From Minisyncoccota bacterium (GTDB lineage: Bacteria > Patescibacteriota > Minisyncoccia > Phycocordibacterales > UBA9973): DNA of 64,000 bases. Each line of letters opens with the position of its first letter. Within the stretch, counting starts at the first letter, position 1. Made by a program: the position numbers and the translations under genes. The stretch is taken from the NCBI GenBank assembly GCA_041650615.1, contig JBAZKU010000001.1, positions 524,854 through 588,853 of the forward strand, read 5' to 3'. Positions 30,119-39,666 of the stretch are shown here, piece after piece. The notes beneath the pieces are model-generated. The model made no database searches. It saw only the letters and a list, made by a program, of their open reading frames with translations, and was not told the DNA's origin.

Positions 30119-31447
30119 ATGGAAAAAAAGAATGAAAATTTGATGGAAAAAATAATTTCGCTTTGTAAAAGACGAGGGTTTGTTTTTCCAGGCTCTGAAA
30201 TTTATGGAGGACTCGGCGGTACTTATGATTGGGGACATTTCGGAGTAGCTCTAAAAAATAATATTAAACAAAGTTGGTGGAAAAAGTTTGTGGACAACAG
30301 ACGCGACATGTATGGTATTGATGCGGCAATTTTAATGCGTCAAGAAGTTTGGCAAGCTTCTGGACATGTGGCAGGTTTTGCGGACCCAATGGTGGAATGC
30401 GAGAAATGCAAAAAAAAATTTCGGGCAGATCAAATTGAAATTAAAAACAAATGTATAGAATGTGGAGGTAAATTAGGCGAAACAAAGCAATTTAATATGA
30501 TGTTTCAGACAAAAGTTGGGGCATCGGAAGACTCTTCTGCCGTATCATATTTGCGTCCGGAAACAGCTCAAGGGATGTTTGTAAATTTCAAGAATACCGT
30601 GGATGCTTTTCATCCGAAATTGCCTTTCGGTATGGCGCAAATTGGCAAAGCTTTTAGAAATGAAATAACTCCCAGGGATTTTGTCTTTAGAGTTCGTGAA
30701 TTTGAGCAAATGGAAATAGAATATTTTATCAGAAAAGAAGATTGGGAAAAATATTTTGAATATTGGAAAGGCGAGATGCTTGAATGGATGGAAGAAGTGG
30801 GGATTGATATGTCAAAAGTGCATGAGCTTGAAGTTCCGGATGGAGATCGCGCTCATTATTCCAAAAGGACAATAGATTTTGAATTTGATTATCCTTTTGG
30901 GAAAAAAGAACTTTTCGGTCTTGCCTATAGGACAGATTTTGATTTAAAAAGTCACAAACTTGACTATATTGATGAGGAAAAAAGTGAAAAAACAATTCCG
31001 CATGTTATAGAACCGACTTTTGGAGTGGACAGAGCGGTACTAGCCTTATTGTTATCTTCTTATTCTGAGGACCCCGAAGGAAAGCAAGAAGCTTCCGACG
31101 GGGCAGGCGAGAGAGAACCAAGAGTTTATCTCAAGTTTAAACCTAATATTGCTCCGATTATCTGTGCGGTCTCTCCATTGCTTAAAAATAAGCCAGAACT
31201 TGTTGAATATGCGAACACAAAAGTATTTGCTCCTCTTAAGGCGGAATTTGGCCGAGTAATTTGGGACGACAATGGTAACATTGGCAAGCGTTATCGCCGA
31301 CAAGACGAAATCGGTACGCCATTTTGTATTGTAGTTGATTTTGATACTTTAACTGATGATACTGTTACCGTCCGCGATAGAGATACGGGAGAACAGGAAA
31401 GAATTAAAGTGGAAAATCTGAAAGATTATATTAAAGAAAAAATATAA
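30119..31447 (+). CDS. glyQS: Glycyl-tRNA synthetase (alpha2 dimeric type)
   Basis: RRGFVFPGSEIYGGLGGTYDWGHFG and class II motifs; 442 aa. Confidence 0.88.
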   Translation: MEKKNENLMEKIISLCKRRGFVFPGSEIYGGLGGTYDWGHFGVALKNNIKQSWWKKFVDNRRDMYGIDAAILMRQEVWQASGHVAGFADPMVECEKCKKKFRADQIEIKNKCIECGGKLGETKQFNMMFQTKVGASEDSSAVSYLRPETAQGMFVNFKNTVDAFHPKLPFGMAQIGKAFRNEITPRDFVFRVREFEQMEIEYFIRKEDWEKYFEYWKGEMLEWMEEVGIDMSKVHELEVPDGDRAHYSKRTIDFEFDYPFGKKELFGLAYRTDFDLKSHKLDYIDEEKSEKTIPHVIEPTFGVDRAVLALLLSSYSEDPEGKQEASDGAGEREPRVYLKFKPNIAPIICAVSPLLKNKPELVEYANTKVFAPLKAEFGRVIWDDNGNIGKRYRRQDEIGTPFCIVVDFDTLTDDTVTVRDRDTGEQERIKVENLKDYIKEKI

Positions 31448-31519
31448 ATGAATCCCGTTAGAAATCCAATAATGGGAAAGTAGTGTAAAAAATTATTAAT
31501 TATTTTAATTTCTAACGAG

Positions 31520-32788
31520 ATGAAGTTTAAGAAAACTATTTTTAAAAATGGCCTGCGAGTAATAACCGTGCCGATGAAAGATAATCCGACGGTGACTGTT
31601 TTGGTATTGGTGGAAGCAGGGTCAAAGTATGAAGCAAAAAAGATAAACGGCATATCTCATTTTTTGGAACATATGTGTTTTAAGGGAACAATCAAGAGAC
31701 CAAAAGCGATAGATATTTCAAAAGAATTGGACGCTCTCGGTTCTGAGTATAATGCTTTTACGACTCAGGAATATACTGGATATTATGCAAAATCCGACGC
31801 CAAGCATTTTAAGCAGATTTTTGACGTGGTTTCGGATATTTATTTAAACTCAACTTTTCCGGAAGCTGAAATGCAAAAAGAAAAAGGTGTTATCGTTGAA
31901 GAAATAAATATGTATGAAGATATGCCCAATCAACATGTTCAGGATTTAATAATGCAGCTTCTCTATGGCAACCAGCCAGCAGGATGGAATATTGCCGGTC
32001 CCAAAAAAAATATTTTAAATATGAAACGCGATGATTTTATAGAATATAAAAAGGCTCATTATTTGCCGGAGGCAACAACAATAGTAGTGGCGGGGAAAGT
32101 CGGCGAAAAGGAAATAATAAAGGAAACAAAAAAAGTTTTTGAAAGAATTCCACGTGGTAAAAAAGCGCAAAAGTTGAAAGTAAAAGAAATACAAACAAGA
32201 CCTGAGGCCTTGATTAGTTTTAAGAGAACAGATCAAACGCATTTCGTTTTAGGCATGCGCAGCTATAATTTATTTGATAAAAAAAATGCAGCGCTTTCTG
32301 TACTGGCCGGAATTCTGGGAGGGGGAATGAGTTCGTGGCTTTTTCAGAAATTGCGCGAAGAACTAGGCGTTTGTTATTATGTGCGTGCCCATAATGATAT
32401 TTATACCGACCATGGTTTCCTTCAAATTTCTGCTGGAATAGACAATAAGAGAGTAGACGAAGTTTTAAAAGTGGTGCTTCTGGAATGCAGAAAATTAAAA
32501 GAAAAAGAGATTTCCGAAGAAGAACTGAATAAAGTAAAAGAATTTTTGATAGGCAATATGAGGCTTTCTCTTGAATCAACGGATGAAATTGCAAGCTTTT
32601 ATGGGTTACAAGAGCTTTTAAAACATAAAATAGAAGAAGCCGAGAAAAGGGCCAGTGAAATCAGGAAAGTTACAAGAAGCCAGATTAAATCTTTAGCGAA
32701 TCATATTTTTAAAAATGATAAGCTCAATTTAGCCCTTATCGGACCTTTTAAAAGCAGATCCAGGTTCTTAAAGATATTGAAGTTCTAG
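31520..32788 (+). CDS. M16-family (pitrilysin/insulinase) zinc peptidase
   Basis: Inverted zincin motif HFLEHMCFKGT. Confidence 0.85.
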   Translation: MKFKKTIFKNGLRVITVPMKDNPTVTVLVLVEAGSKYEAKKINGISHFLEHMCFKGTIKRPKAIDISKELDALGSEYNAFTTQEYTGYYAKSDAKHFKQIFDVVSDIYLNSTFPEAEMQKEKGVIVEEINMYEDMPNQHVQDLIMQLLYGNQPAGWNIAGPKKNILNMKRDDFIEYKKAHYLPEATTIVVAGKVGEKEIIKETKKVFERIPRGKKAQKLKVKEIQTRPEALISFKRTDQTHFVLGMRSYNLFDKKNAALSVLAGILGGGMSSWLFQKLREELGVCYYVRAHNDIYTDHGFLQISAGIDNKRVDEVLKVVLLECRKLKEKEISEEELNKVKEFLIGNMRLSLESTDEIASFYGLQELLKHKIEEAEKRASEIRKVTRSQIKSLANHIFKNDKLNLALIGPFKSRSRFLKILKF

Positions 32789-32808
32789 ATATTTTAAATT
32801 AGGTATTT

Positions 32809-33894
32809 TTGTGGTATTATACCCGTATGGTTGAGAAGAATAATATTACCTCTTTTTCAATAAGTACCGGTACCATAATCCGATTCTTTCTTGTCGCGCT
32901 CGGACTTTTTTTAATTTGGTATTTGCGAGATTTATTTCTTGTTCTTTTGACTGCTATTATCTTAGCTTCTTTTGTGGAAGCAGCCGTCCCTCATTTTAAA
33001 AAGATAAAAATTAACAGAATTTTTGCAGTGGTTATAGTTTATATTTCCACAATTCTTATGCTGGCTCTTTTATTTTATCTTTTTGTGCCACTTTTAATAA
33101 CGGAAGTTTATAATTTTTCCGTTTTCTTGTCTTCTTATGTTCCAAATTCTCCAATTTTAAATTACTTCACCAATGATGCATTTTCCGGAGCGAAAGATAT
33201 TATCAATAATCTTTCACATAGTTTGTCTCTTACTACTCTTATTTCTACTTCCAATGCCTTTATTAGTAATCTTTCTGCAGGGTTTTTCCAAGTATTTTCT
33301 GTAGCTTTCGGAGGCATTTTTAATTTGGTGCTGATTGTTCTTATTTCTTTTTATCTTTCAATTCAAGAAAGAGGAATAGAGAAATTTTTAAGAATTATTT
33401 TACCTTTAGAATATGAAGAATACGCGGTTGATTTATGGGGACGTTCACGCCGAAAAATTGCGTTATGGATGAAGGGACAATTGCTTTTAGTTGTTTTAAT
33501 CACCATTTTGACTTATTTGATGCTTTCTCTTTTGGGAATTCAATATGCTCTTCTTCTGTCCATTATCGCTGGTTTAATGGAACTTGTGCCTTACGGTATT
33601 TTGGTTGCGCTCGTTCCGGCTGTTTACTTTTCTTTTCTTTCTGGGGGAATTCCAAGTGCGCTGATGGTTGCCGGAGCTTATACTATTCTTCATGAATTTG
33701 AAGTTTTTCTTTTTTCTCCTTTGATTATAAAAAGCGTAGTAGGTCTTTCCCCGTTGGTGGTAATTCTTGCGGCGACAATAGGATTTGAATTGGGCGGATT
33801 TTGGGGGTTAATTCTCGCCATTCCGGTGGCTGTTTTTGTAATGGAATTACTGGATGATCTCGAAAAAAAGAAAGTTTCTTCCAGAAATAAATAA
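32809..33894 (+). CDS. AI-2E (PerM/UPF0118) family transporter; true start probably ATG at 32827
   Basis: Eight-TM pattern and AI-2E-like C-terminal region. The called start is TTG. TGGTATTAT at 32812-32820 precedes the ATG at 32827. Confidence 0.6.
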   Translation: MWYYTRMVEKNNITSFSISTGTIIRFFLVALGLFLIWYLRDLFLVLLTAIILASFVEAAVPHFKKIKINRIFAVVIVYISTILMLALLFYLFVPLLITEVYNFSVFLSSYVPNSPILNYFTNDAFSGAKDIINNLSHSLSLTTLISTSNAFISNLSAGFFQVFSVAFGGIFNLVLIVLISFYLSIQERGIEKFLRIILPLEYEEYAVDLWGRSRRKIALWMKGQLLLVVLITILTYLMLSLLGIQYALLLSIIAGLMELVPYGILVALVPAVYFSFLSGGIPSALMVAGAYTILHEFEVFLFSPLIIKSVVGLSPLVVILAATIGFELGGFWGLILAIPVAVFVMELLDDLEKKKVSSRNK

Positions 33895-33912
33895 TGAATC
33901 TCGTTAGAAATT

Positions 33913-35361
33913 ATGATGAAAAAAAATAGCTTTTACATTACGACAACCCTGCCTTATGTAAATGCGCCTCTTCATATGGGGCATGCGCTTGAACTTGTGC
34001 GAGCGGATACGATTGCTCGGTATAAAAAACTTATCGGGTACGATGTTTATTTCAATACCGGAACAGATGAACACGGTATTAAAGTATACGAAAAAGCCAA
34101 AGAAAAAAAATTAAAAGTTCAAGATTTTGTTGACCAAGGTTTTGAAACATTTAAAAATCAGCTAAAAATGTTCGGCATTACAGGAGAAGCGCATTTCGTT
34201 CGCACCACAGACAAACATCACGAGAGTACAGCGCAAGAGTTTTGGAAAAGAGTGAAAAATAACGGCTTTATTTATAAAAAAAATTATGAGGCGAAATATT
34301 GTACGGGGTGTGAGAGTGAGAAAACAGATTCTGATTTAAATGAATGCGGAGAGTGCCTGCTTCATCCGGGGCTGGAATTAAAAATAATAAATGAAGAAAA
34401 TTACTTTTTTAAATACTCGTCCTTTGGCAAACAGCTTTTAGATTTATACGAAAAGAATCCGGATTTTGTTGTTCCGGAATTCAGACTAAATGAAATAAAA
34501 AATTTTGTTCAGGGCGGTTTGCAGGATTTTTCGATTTCCAGATTAAAAGAAAAAATGCCGTGGGGAATACCTGTTCCCGGGGATGATACTCAAGTGATGT
34601 ATGTTTGGTTTGACGCGTTAACCAATTATATTTCTACTCTTGGCTGGCCCGAAAATACTGAACAGTTTGAAAAATATTGGATAAATGGCAATCCTACGCA
34701 GTATTGCGGAAAAGACAATACTCGTTTTCAAGGGGCAATGTGGCAAGCAATGCTTATGGCTGCGGGGTTACCCCCCTCGCATCAAATAGTAGTTGATGGT
34801 TTTATTACGGGTGAAGGTGGGATAAGAATGTCTAAAACTCTTGGTAATGTGGTTGATCCGAGGGATATTGTGAATGAATATGGGACTGATGCATTGAGAT
34901 ATTTTTTACTTCGCGAAGTTTCTTCCTTTGAAGACAGTCCTTTTACCATGGAACGATTCAAGGATGCATATAATTCGGGGCTGGCAAATGGGTTAGGGAA
35001 TTTATCTTCAAGAATTTTAACTCTTTCGGGAAAATATTTGGAGAAATACCCGGAAATTTCTGAAAATCTAATTTCACAGGAATTTTTTGATTATTTGGAA
35101 AAATTTGATATTCAAAAAGCGACTGAATATATTTGGCACAAAATAAGTGAACTCGATAAGTCTATTCAAGAAACAGAGCCGTTTAAAGTTGTAAAAGTAG
35201 ATAAAATAAAAGGAGAAAAAATAATTTCTAATATGGTTGTTCAATTATATGAAATAGCCAAAATGTTAAAGCCAATAATGCCTGAAACTTCAGAAAAAAT
35301 AAAAAAATTAATCAAAGAAAACAAAAAACCGGAAAAGCCACTGTTTTTAAGGAAAGAATAA
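33913..35361 (+). CDS. metG: Methionyl-tRNA synthetase
   Basis: TTLPYVNAPLHMGHALE and KMSKTLGN. Confidence 0.9.
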   Translation: MMKKNSFYITTTLPYVNAPLHMGHALELVRADTIARYKKLIGYDVYFNTGTDEHGIKVYEKAKEKKLKVQDFVDQGFETFKNQLKMFGITGEAHFVRTTDKHHESTAQEFWKRVKNNGFIYKKNYEAKYCTGCESEKTDSDLNECGECLLHPGLELKIINEENYFFKYSSFGKQLLDLYEKNPDFVVPEFRLNEIKNFVQGGLQDFSISRLKEKMPWGIPVPGDDTQVMYVWFDALTNYISTLGWPENTEQFEKYWINGNPTQYCGKDNTRFQGAMWQAMLMAAGLPPSHQIVVDGFITGEGGIRMSKTLGNVVDPRDIVNEYGTDALRYFLLREVSSFEDSPFTMERFKDAYNSGLANGLGNLSSRILTLSGKYLEKYPEISENLISQEFFDYLEKFDIQKATEYIWHKISELDKSIQETEPFKVVKVDKIKGEKIISNMVVQLYEIAKMLKPIMPETSEKIKKLIKENKKPEKPLFLRKE

Positions 35362-35362
35362 A

Positions 35363-36181
35363 ATGATTCCTAAATATATTGATATCCATGCGCATGTGAA
35401 TTTTAAAGCCTTTGAAGAAGACCATGAGGCTGTTATTCGAAGGGCCCTGGATAACAATACTTGGTTTTTTAATGTCGGTACCCAGGTTGATACTTCTCGT
35501 GCTGCTGTAAAAATGGCAAATAGATATCAAGAGGGTGTTTTTGCTGTCGTTGGTTTGCATCCGATACACACAGACGTTTCATATCATGATAAAAAAGAAT
35601 TGGGTGAAGGAGGAAAAGAATTTGCTTCCCGCGGTGAGATTTTTGATAAAAATATTTACAGAGAATTTTTAAAAGATCCGAAGGTTGTAGCCATAGGCGA
35701 GTGTGGTCTGGACTATTATCACATGAACGGAGAATCGCTGAAAAAACAAAGGAAAGCATTCATTGAACAAATAGAACTGGCAAATGAAGTTAAAAAGCCC
35801 TTAATGTTGCATATAAGAGATGCATACAAAGATTCGTTGGAAATTTTAAAAAAATATGCAAAAGTAAAAGGCGTAGTCCATTTTTTTGTTGGGAATACGA
35901 AAGAAGCAAAAGGCTTTCTTGATTTTGGATTTATGCTTTCTTTTACCGGTGTTTTAACTTTTACTCATGATTATGACGAAGTGGTGAAAAATACTCCGCT
36001 TAATATGATATTAACCGACACGGATTCGCCTTATGTGGCGCCAATTCCATATCGTGGAAAACGCAACGAGCCCGTATATGTAAAAGAAGTGGTAAAAAAA
36101 ATTGCCGAAATTAAAAACTTGCCCGAAACGGAAGTCGCGAAGGCCATTATAGCGAACGCCAAAAGACTTTTTGACATTTAA
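35363..36181 (+). CDS. tatD: TatD-family metal-dependent DNase
   Basis: YIDIHAHVNF, GECGLDYY, LHIRDA, DTDSPY. Confidence 0.85.
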   Translation: MIPKYIDIHAHVNFKAFEEDHEAVIRRALDNNTWFFNVGTQVDTSRAAVKMANRYQEGVFAVVGLHPIHTDVSYHDKKELGEGGKEFASRGEIFDKNIYREFLKDPKVVAIGECGLDYYHMNGESLKKQRKAFIEQIELANEVKKPLMLHIRDAYKDSLEILKKYAKVKGVVHFFVGNTKEAKGFLDFGFMLSFTGVLTFTHDYDEVVKNTPLNMILTDTDSPYVAPIPYRGKRNEPVYVKEVVKKIAEIKNLPETEVAKAIIANAKRLFDI

Positions 36182-36209
36182 GAACAAAATTGCTAACATA
36201 CTTAAGTCT

Positions 36210-36270
36210 CACTTGTTCCGACCCTGAAGTCGGAACACAAACCCTCGCCGACGGTGGGGTGAAGGTCCGA
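36210..36270 (+). ncRNA. GC-rich structured element upstream of rpsF (possible ribosomal-protein leader or regulatory hairpin)
   Basis: Perfect 8-bp stem GTTCCGAC/GTCGGAAC (36215-36236) plus CCCTCGCCGACGGTGGGGTGAAGGTCCG. About 60% GC in an approximately 30% GC context. Confidence 0.3.
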
Positions 36271-36307
36271 AATGAGATTTATTAAGAAATAATTATTAAT
36301 TAGGCAA

Positions 36308-36796
36308 ATGGAGAGTAATAACGAAAATATAGAAACAAATTCCCGCGTATATGAACTCGGTTATCTTTTAGTACCCACTTTATCTCTAGAAAATATGCCA
36401 ATTTCTTACGGTAATCTGAAAGATCTTATTATTAGCTTGGGAGGGGAAATAATTTCGGATGAAATACCGAAAACAATAAATTTAGCTTATACAATAGCTA
36501 AAGTCACCCAAAATGTACGAAATAAGTTTGATATGGCATATTTCGGTTGGGTTAAATTTGAAATAAATCCGGAAAAAGTTTTAGAATTGAAAAAGAAACT
36601 TAATATTGACCCAAACTTCATTAGATTTTTAATCCTGAAAACAGTAAGAGAGAATACTATTGCCGCTAAAAGATTTATACATAAGGATTCCAGAAGAAAA
36701 ATGCCGACTGTAAAAAAAGAAGGAGAAAATGAAACATCTCTGCCTATTGATAAAGAAGAAATAGATAAAGAAATAGATGCTATGGTCGCAGTATAA
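36308..36796 (+). CDS. rpsF: 30S ribosomal protein S6 (with acidic C-terminal tail)
   Basis: YELGYLLVP...LAYTIAK S6-like core. Lies in the conserved rpsF-ssb-rpsR arrangement. Confidence 0.75.
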   Translation: MESNNENIETNSRVYELGYLLVPTLSLENMPISYGNLKDLIISLGGEIISDEIPKTINLAYTIAKVTQNVRNKFDMAYFGWVKFEINPEKVLELKKKLNIDPNFIRFLILKTVRENTIAAKRFIHKDSRRKMPTVKKEGENETSLPIDKEEIDKEIDAMVAV

Positions 36797-36830
36797 ATTA
36801 ATTATATTATAAATTTAATAAATAAAAATT

Positions 36831-37292
36831 ATGTATTTAAATAAAGCAATTGTAATAGGAAATTTAACTCGCGACCCGGAAATCCGTTCTCTTCCTTCAG
36901 GGATAAAAGTTTGTTCATTTTCTCTTGCCACTAATCGTGTTTGGAAAGATAAAAATGGCGCGCGCCAAGAATCCACAGATTATCATAATATTGTAGTTTT
37001 TGGACGCCAGGCAGAAACAATCGCCCAATATATGAAAAAAGGAAGTTCTTTATTGGTCGAAGGCAGAATGCAGACAAGAAGCTGGGAGGATAAAACAAGC
37101 GGAGAAAAAAAATACCGCACAGAAATAGTAGCAGATCGTACTCAATTTGGTCCGAAGAGCGGAAGCGGAAATACAAGCGGAACATCTCAAAGCGCGGAAT
37201 CCGGTAAGACGTCAGGTAAAAAAGATTCTGAAACAATTGACACCATAGAATATCCGGAAGAAGATATTAATCCCGAAGATATACCATTTTAA
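36831..37292 (+). CDS. ssb: Single-stranded DNA-binding protein
   Basis: OB-fold LNKAIVIGNLTRDPEIR...ESTDYHNIVVFGRQAE and C-terminal acidic tip EDIPF. Confidence 0.9.
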   Translation: MYLNKAIVIGNLTRDPEIRSLPSGIKVCSFSLATNRVWKDKNGARQESTDYHNIVVFGRQAETIAQYMKKGSSLLVEGRMQTRSWEDKTSGEKKYRTEIVADRTQFGPKSGSGNTSGTSQSAESGKTSGKKDSETIDTIEYPEEDINPEDIPF

Positions 37293-37306
37293 AAATAAAT
37301 AAATTT

Positions 37307-37507
37307 ATGAAACAAGATTATTTTTCAGCCAATAATATAAAATATATAGACTATAAGGATGTTGAAATCTTAAAAAAGTTTTTGAATCCTAACGGTAAAA
37401 TAGTAAACCATAAACGCACCGGCGTAACAACTAAGAATCAACGCCAACTCGCTAGCGCTGTCAAAAATGCGCGGTTTTTAGGCTTGCTTCCCTTTATTGC
37501 CAAGTAA
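37307..37507 (+). CDS. rpsR: 30S ribosomal protein S18
   Basis: IKYIDYKDVEILKKFLNPNGKI...RTGVTTKNQRQLASAVKNARFLGLLPF. Confidence 0.9.
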   Translation: MKQDYFSANNIKYIDYKDVEILKKFLNPNGKIVNHKRTGVTTKNQRQLASAVKNARFLGLLPFIAK

Positions 37508-37557
37508 ATTTAAATTATAAATAAACCTCATCACCAGGTGATGGGGCAAAAGAAAAC

Positions 37558-38133
37558 ATGCTTCAATATAACGAAATTAGAGAAAAAAAAATCATTATAT
37601 ATGATGATGAACCTTGCGAGGTGATAGATTCTCATGTTGCAAGAACCCAACAGAGAAAACCGCAAAATCAAGTGAAATTAAAAAGTTTAATTTCCGGTAA
37701 AACGATTGCGGCCACTTTTCATGTTTCCGATTCCGCCGATGAGGCAGATATAGAAAAAAGAGAAATAAAATTTCTTTATCATAATAGAGGTGAGTATTGG
37801 TTTTGCCCTCCAGAAGACCCCAAAAATAGATTTAAATTGGATACATCTCTCATTGGTGATGCGGGTAAATTCTTTAAAGAAAACGGAATAGTCACTGCTT
37901 TAGTTTGGAGTAATGAAGAGGATGAAGAAAAAATCATAAAAATAACCTTGCCTATTAAAATGGAATTTAAAGTAAAAGAGGCGCCTCCGGCTGTGCGAGG
38001 GGATACTTCTAAAAGTGGTAATAAAATAATTACGCTGGAAAATGGTTCAACTATAAACGCTCCGATGTTTATAGAAGAAGGAGACATCATTCGCCTAAAT
38101 ACTGAAACAGGGGAATATGTAGAGAGGGTGTAA
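37558..38133 (+). CDS. efp: Elongation factor P
   Basis: 191 aa with the three-domain EF-P pattern; the KPG-type loop region reads RKPQNQVKLKSL. Confidence 0.85.
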   Translation: MLQYNEIREKKIIIYDDEPCEVIDSHVARTQQRKPQNQVKLKSLISGKTIAATFHVSDSADEADIEKREIKFLYHNRGEYWFCPPEDPKNRFKLDTSLIGDAGKFFKENGIVTALVWSNEEDEEKIIKITLPIKMEFKVKEAPPAVRGDTSKSGNKIITLENGSTINAPMFIEEGDIIRLNTETGEYVERV

Positions 38134-38239
38134 AATAAAAAATCCAAAATAGCTGCTTTTTCACGGCTCGCACTCGAACCTGAATGTGGTTCACGAACCT
38201 AATATTGCGTATGCCGAAAAAAGCACTATTTTTGATTTT

Positions 38240-39319
38240 TTATGCTTCTTCCGAAAACTTTTTTCGAATCTCTTTCAATATCTGTTCGGATATTTTTTTA
38301 TTTTCTTTTAAGAAGGTGCGAGTAGAATCATAACCCACTCCCAATTTTACTTTTTCCCCGCCTCGCGTCGGCGAGCTTTCGCGAGTCGAGGCGGGCTTTG
38401 CTTCCCCGCTAGGTAGGTAGAAATACGAGTTTCCGGTTTTTTCTACAATTTTAAATTTCTCACCCAAAGCGATAATCTCGCCTTCTTTGGAAATTCCCTC
38501 GTTGTAAATAATATCAAATTCTGTTTGCTTAAACGGCGCAGCCACTTTATTTTTTACTACTTTGACGCGAGTGCGACTCCCGACGATATCTTCTCCCTTT
38601 TTAATTTGGGCGATTTTTCTGATATCCAGTCGGACAGAAGTGTAAAATTTCAAAGCTTTTCCTCCGGGAGTAGTTTCGGGATTGCCGAACATAACTCCGA
38701 TTTGCATTCTGATTTGATTTATGAAAATAACCGCTGTCTTGCTTTTGGCCACAATGGCGGTAAGCTTGCGAAGCGCTTGAGACATCAATCTCGCTTGTTT
38801 TCCTACATGATATGCTCCCATGTCTCCCTCTATTTCGTCTTTAGGCGTAAGAGCGGCTACAGAATCAACCACAATTACATCAATTTTTCCTGTTCGCACC
38901 AAACTTTCAACGATTTCAAGCGCCTGTTCGCCGGTATCTGGTTGAGAAATAAGGAGATTGTCAATATTCACTCCAAGCTTTTTTGTATAATCCGGATCCA
39001 TGGCGTGTTCGGCATCTATATAAGCGCAGACCCCTCCAAGTTTTTGCGCTTCAGCCACTATGTGCAAAGAAAGGGTCGTTTTGCCCGAAGACTCAGGTCC
39101 GAATATTTCAACGATTCTTCCGCGCGGTATCCCGCCAACGCCCAAAGCCATATCAAGTCCTATAGACCCTGTCGGTATCGTATTAATGTCCACCTTTGGC
39201 GAGTCGCCGAATTTCATTATTGATCCTTCTCCAAACTTTGCCTGAATTGCCTTTACAGCATCATCCAGCATTGATACCCCTACAGTTTTATCCTCTTTTT
39301 TCTCTTTTTTCTTTACCAT
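38240..39319 (-). CDS. recA: Recombinase RecA
   Basis: [20 protein letters not shown] Walker A; L1/L2 loops; 359 aa. Confidence 0.95.
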   Translation of the reverse strand: MVKKKEKKEDKTVGVSMLDDAVKAIQAKFGEGSIMKFGDSPKVDINTIPTGSIGLDMALGVGGIPRGRIVEIFGPESSGKTTLSLHIVAEAQKLGGVCAYIDAEHAMDPDYTKKLGVNIDNLLISQPDTGEQALEIVESLVRTGKIDVIVVDSVAALTPKDEIEGDMGAYHVGKQARLMSQALRKLTAIVAKSKTAVIFINQIRMQIGVMFGNPETTPGGKALKFYTSVRLDIRKIAQIKKGEDIVGSRTRVKVVKNKVAAPFKQTEFDIIYNEGISKEGEIIALGEKFKIVEKTGNSYFYLPSGEAKPASTRESSPTRGGEKVKLGVGYDSTRTFLKENKKISEQILKEIRKKFSEEA

Positions 39320-39666
39320 AATTGATATATTAATTGATAATTTTTTTCATCGCTATTCCCAAATTCATCTTTCGCTTTTATATTGATTATATTATAACCC
39401 GAAAGCAAAGCAATTGTCTCATTGAAATTTCCTTTTTGGTCTATTGAAATTACGCGTCCATTTAAAGTTAAATCAACGGCATTTCTGGCATTTCCTGTTA
39501 TTTTTACAATATTATCCGCAACTTTTGTTCCGTCTATTATATTTACCTCTTTTATTTTTACGCCAAAAATCAAATCTTTGGATATAAAAAAAGCATAGAT
39601 AGCAATAAAAAGCAGAAAAGTGGAAAAAGAAACTATTTTAAATATTTTTTTTGCATTAATATCCAT
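39313..39666 (-). CDS. Small membrane-anchored hypothetical protein between ftsK and recA
   Basis: N-terminal transmembrane segment [18 protein letters not shown]; 117 aa. Confidence 0.4.
   Translation of the reverse strand: MDINAKKIFKIVSFSTFLLFIAIYAFFISKDLIFGVKIKEVNIIDGTKVADNIVKITGNARNAVDLTLNGRVISIDQKGNFNETIALLSGYNIINIKAKDEFGNSDEKNYQLIYQLW

Noticed and set aside
36215-36236. Reading the GC hairpin after tatD as an intrinsic terminator
   Set aside because: No downstream U-tract (followed by ACACAAACCC), so it is not a canonical rho-independent terminator. It is kept as a candidate regulatory or ncRNA element instead.
38140-38235. Possible tRNA or structured RNA in the efp-recA convergent intergenic region (GAACC...GGTTC...GAACC alternative hairpins)
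   Set aside because: I tried to fold a cloverleaf on both strands. There is no acceptable T-arm (GTTCRANYC with complementary 5-bp stems), D-arm or acceptor pairing. It is more likely a bidirectional terminator-like hairpin region.
38525-39223. 232-aa plus-strand ORF antisense within recA; similar antisense or embedded ORFs (for example 305-547, 2699-2959, 5751-6101, 6345-6860, 24574-24930, 26016-26438, 32220-32594, 35469-35759, 37779-38147, 41152-41475)
   Set aside because: They are fully embedded in well-supported genes on the opposite strand or in another frame, have low-complexity or biased composition, and lack motifs. They are treated as spurious.
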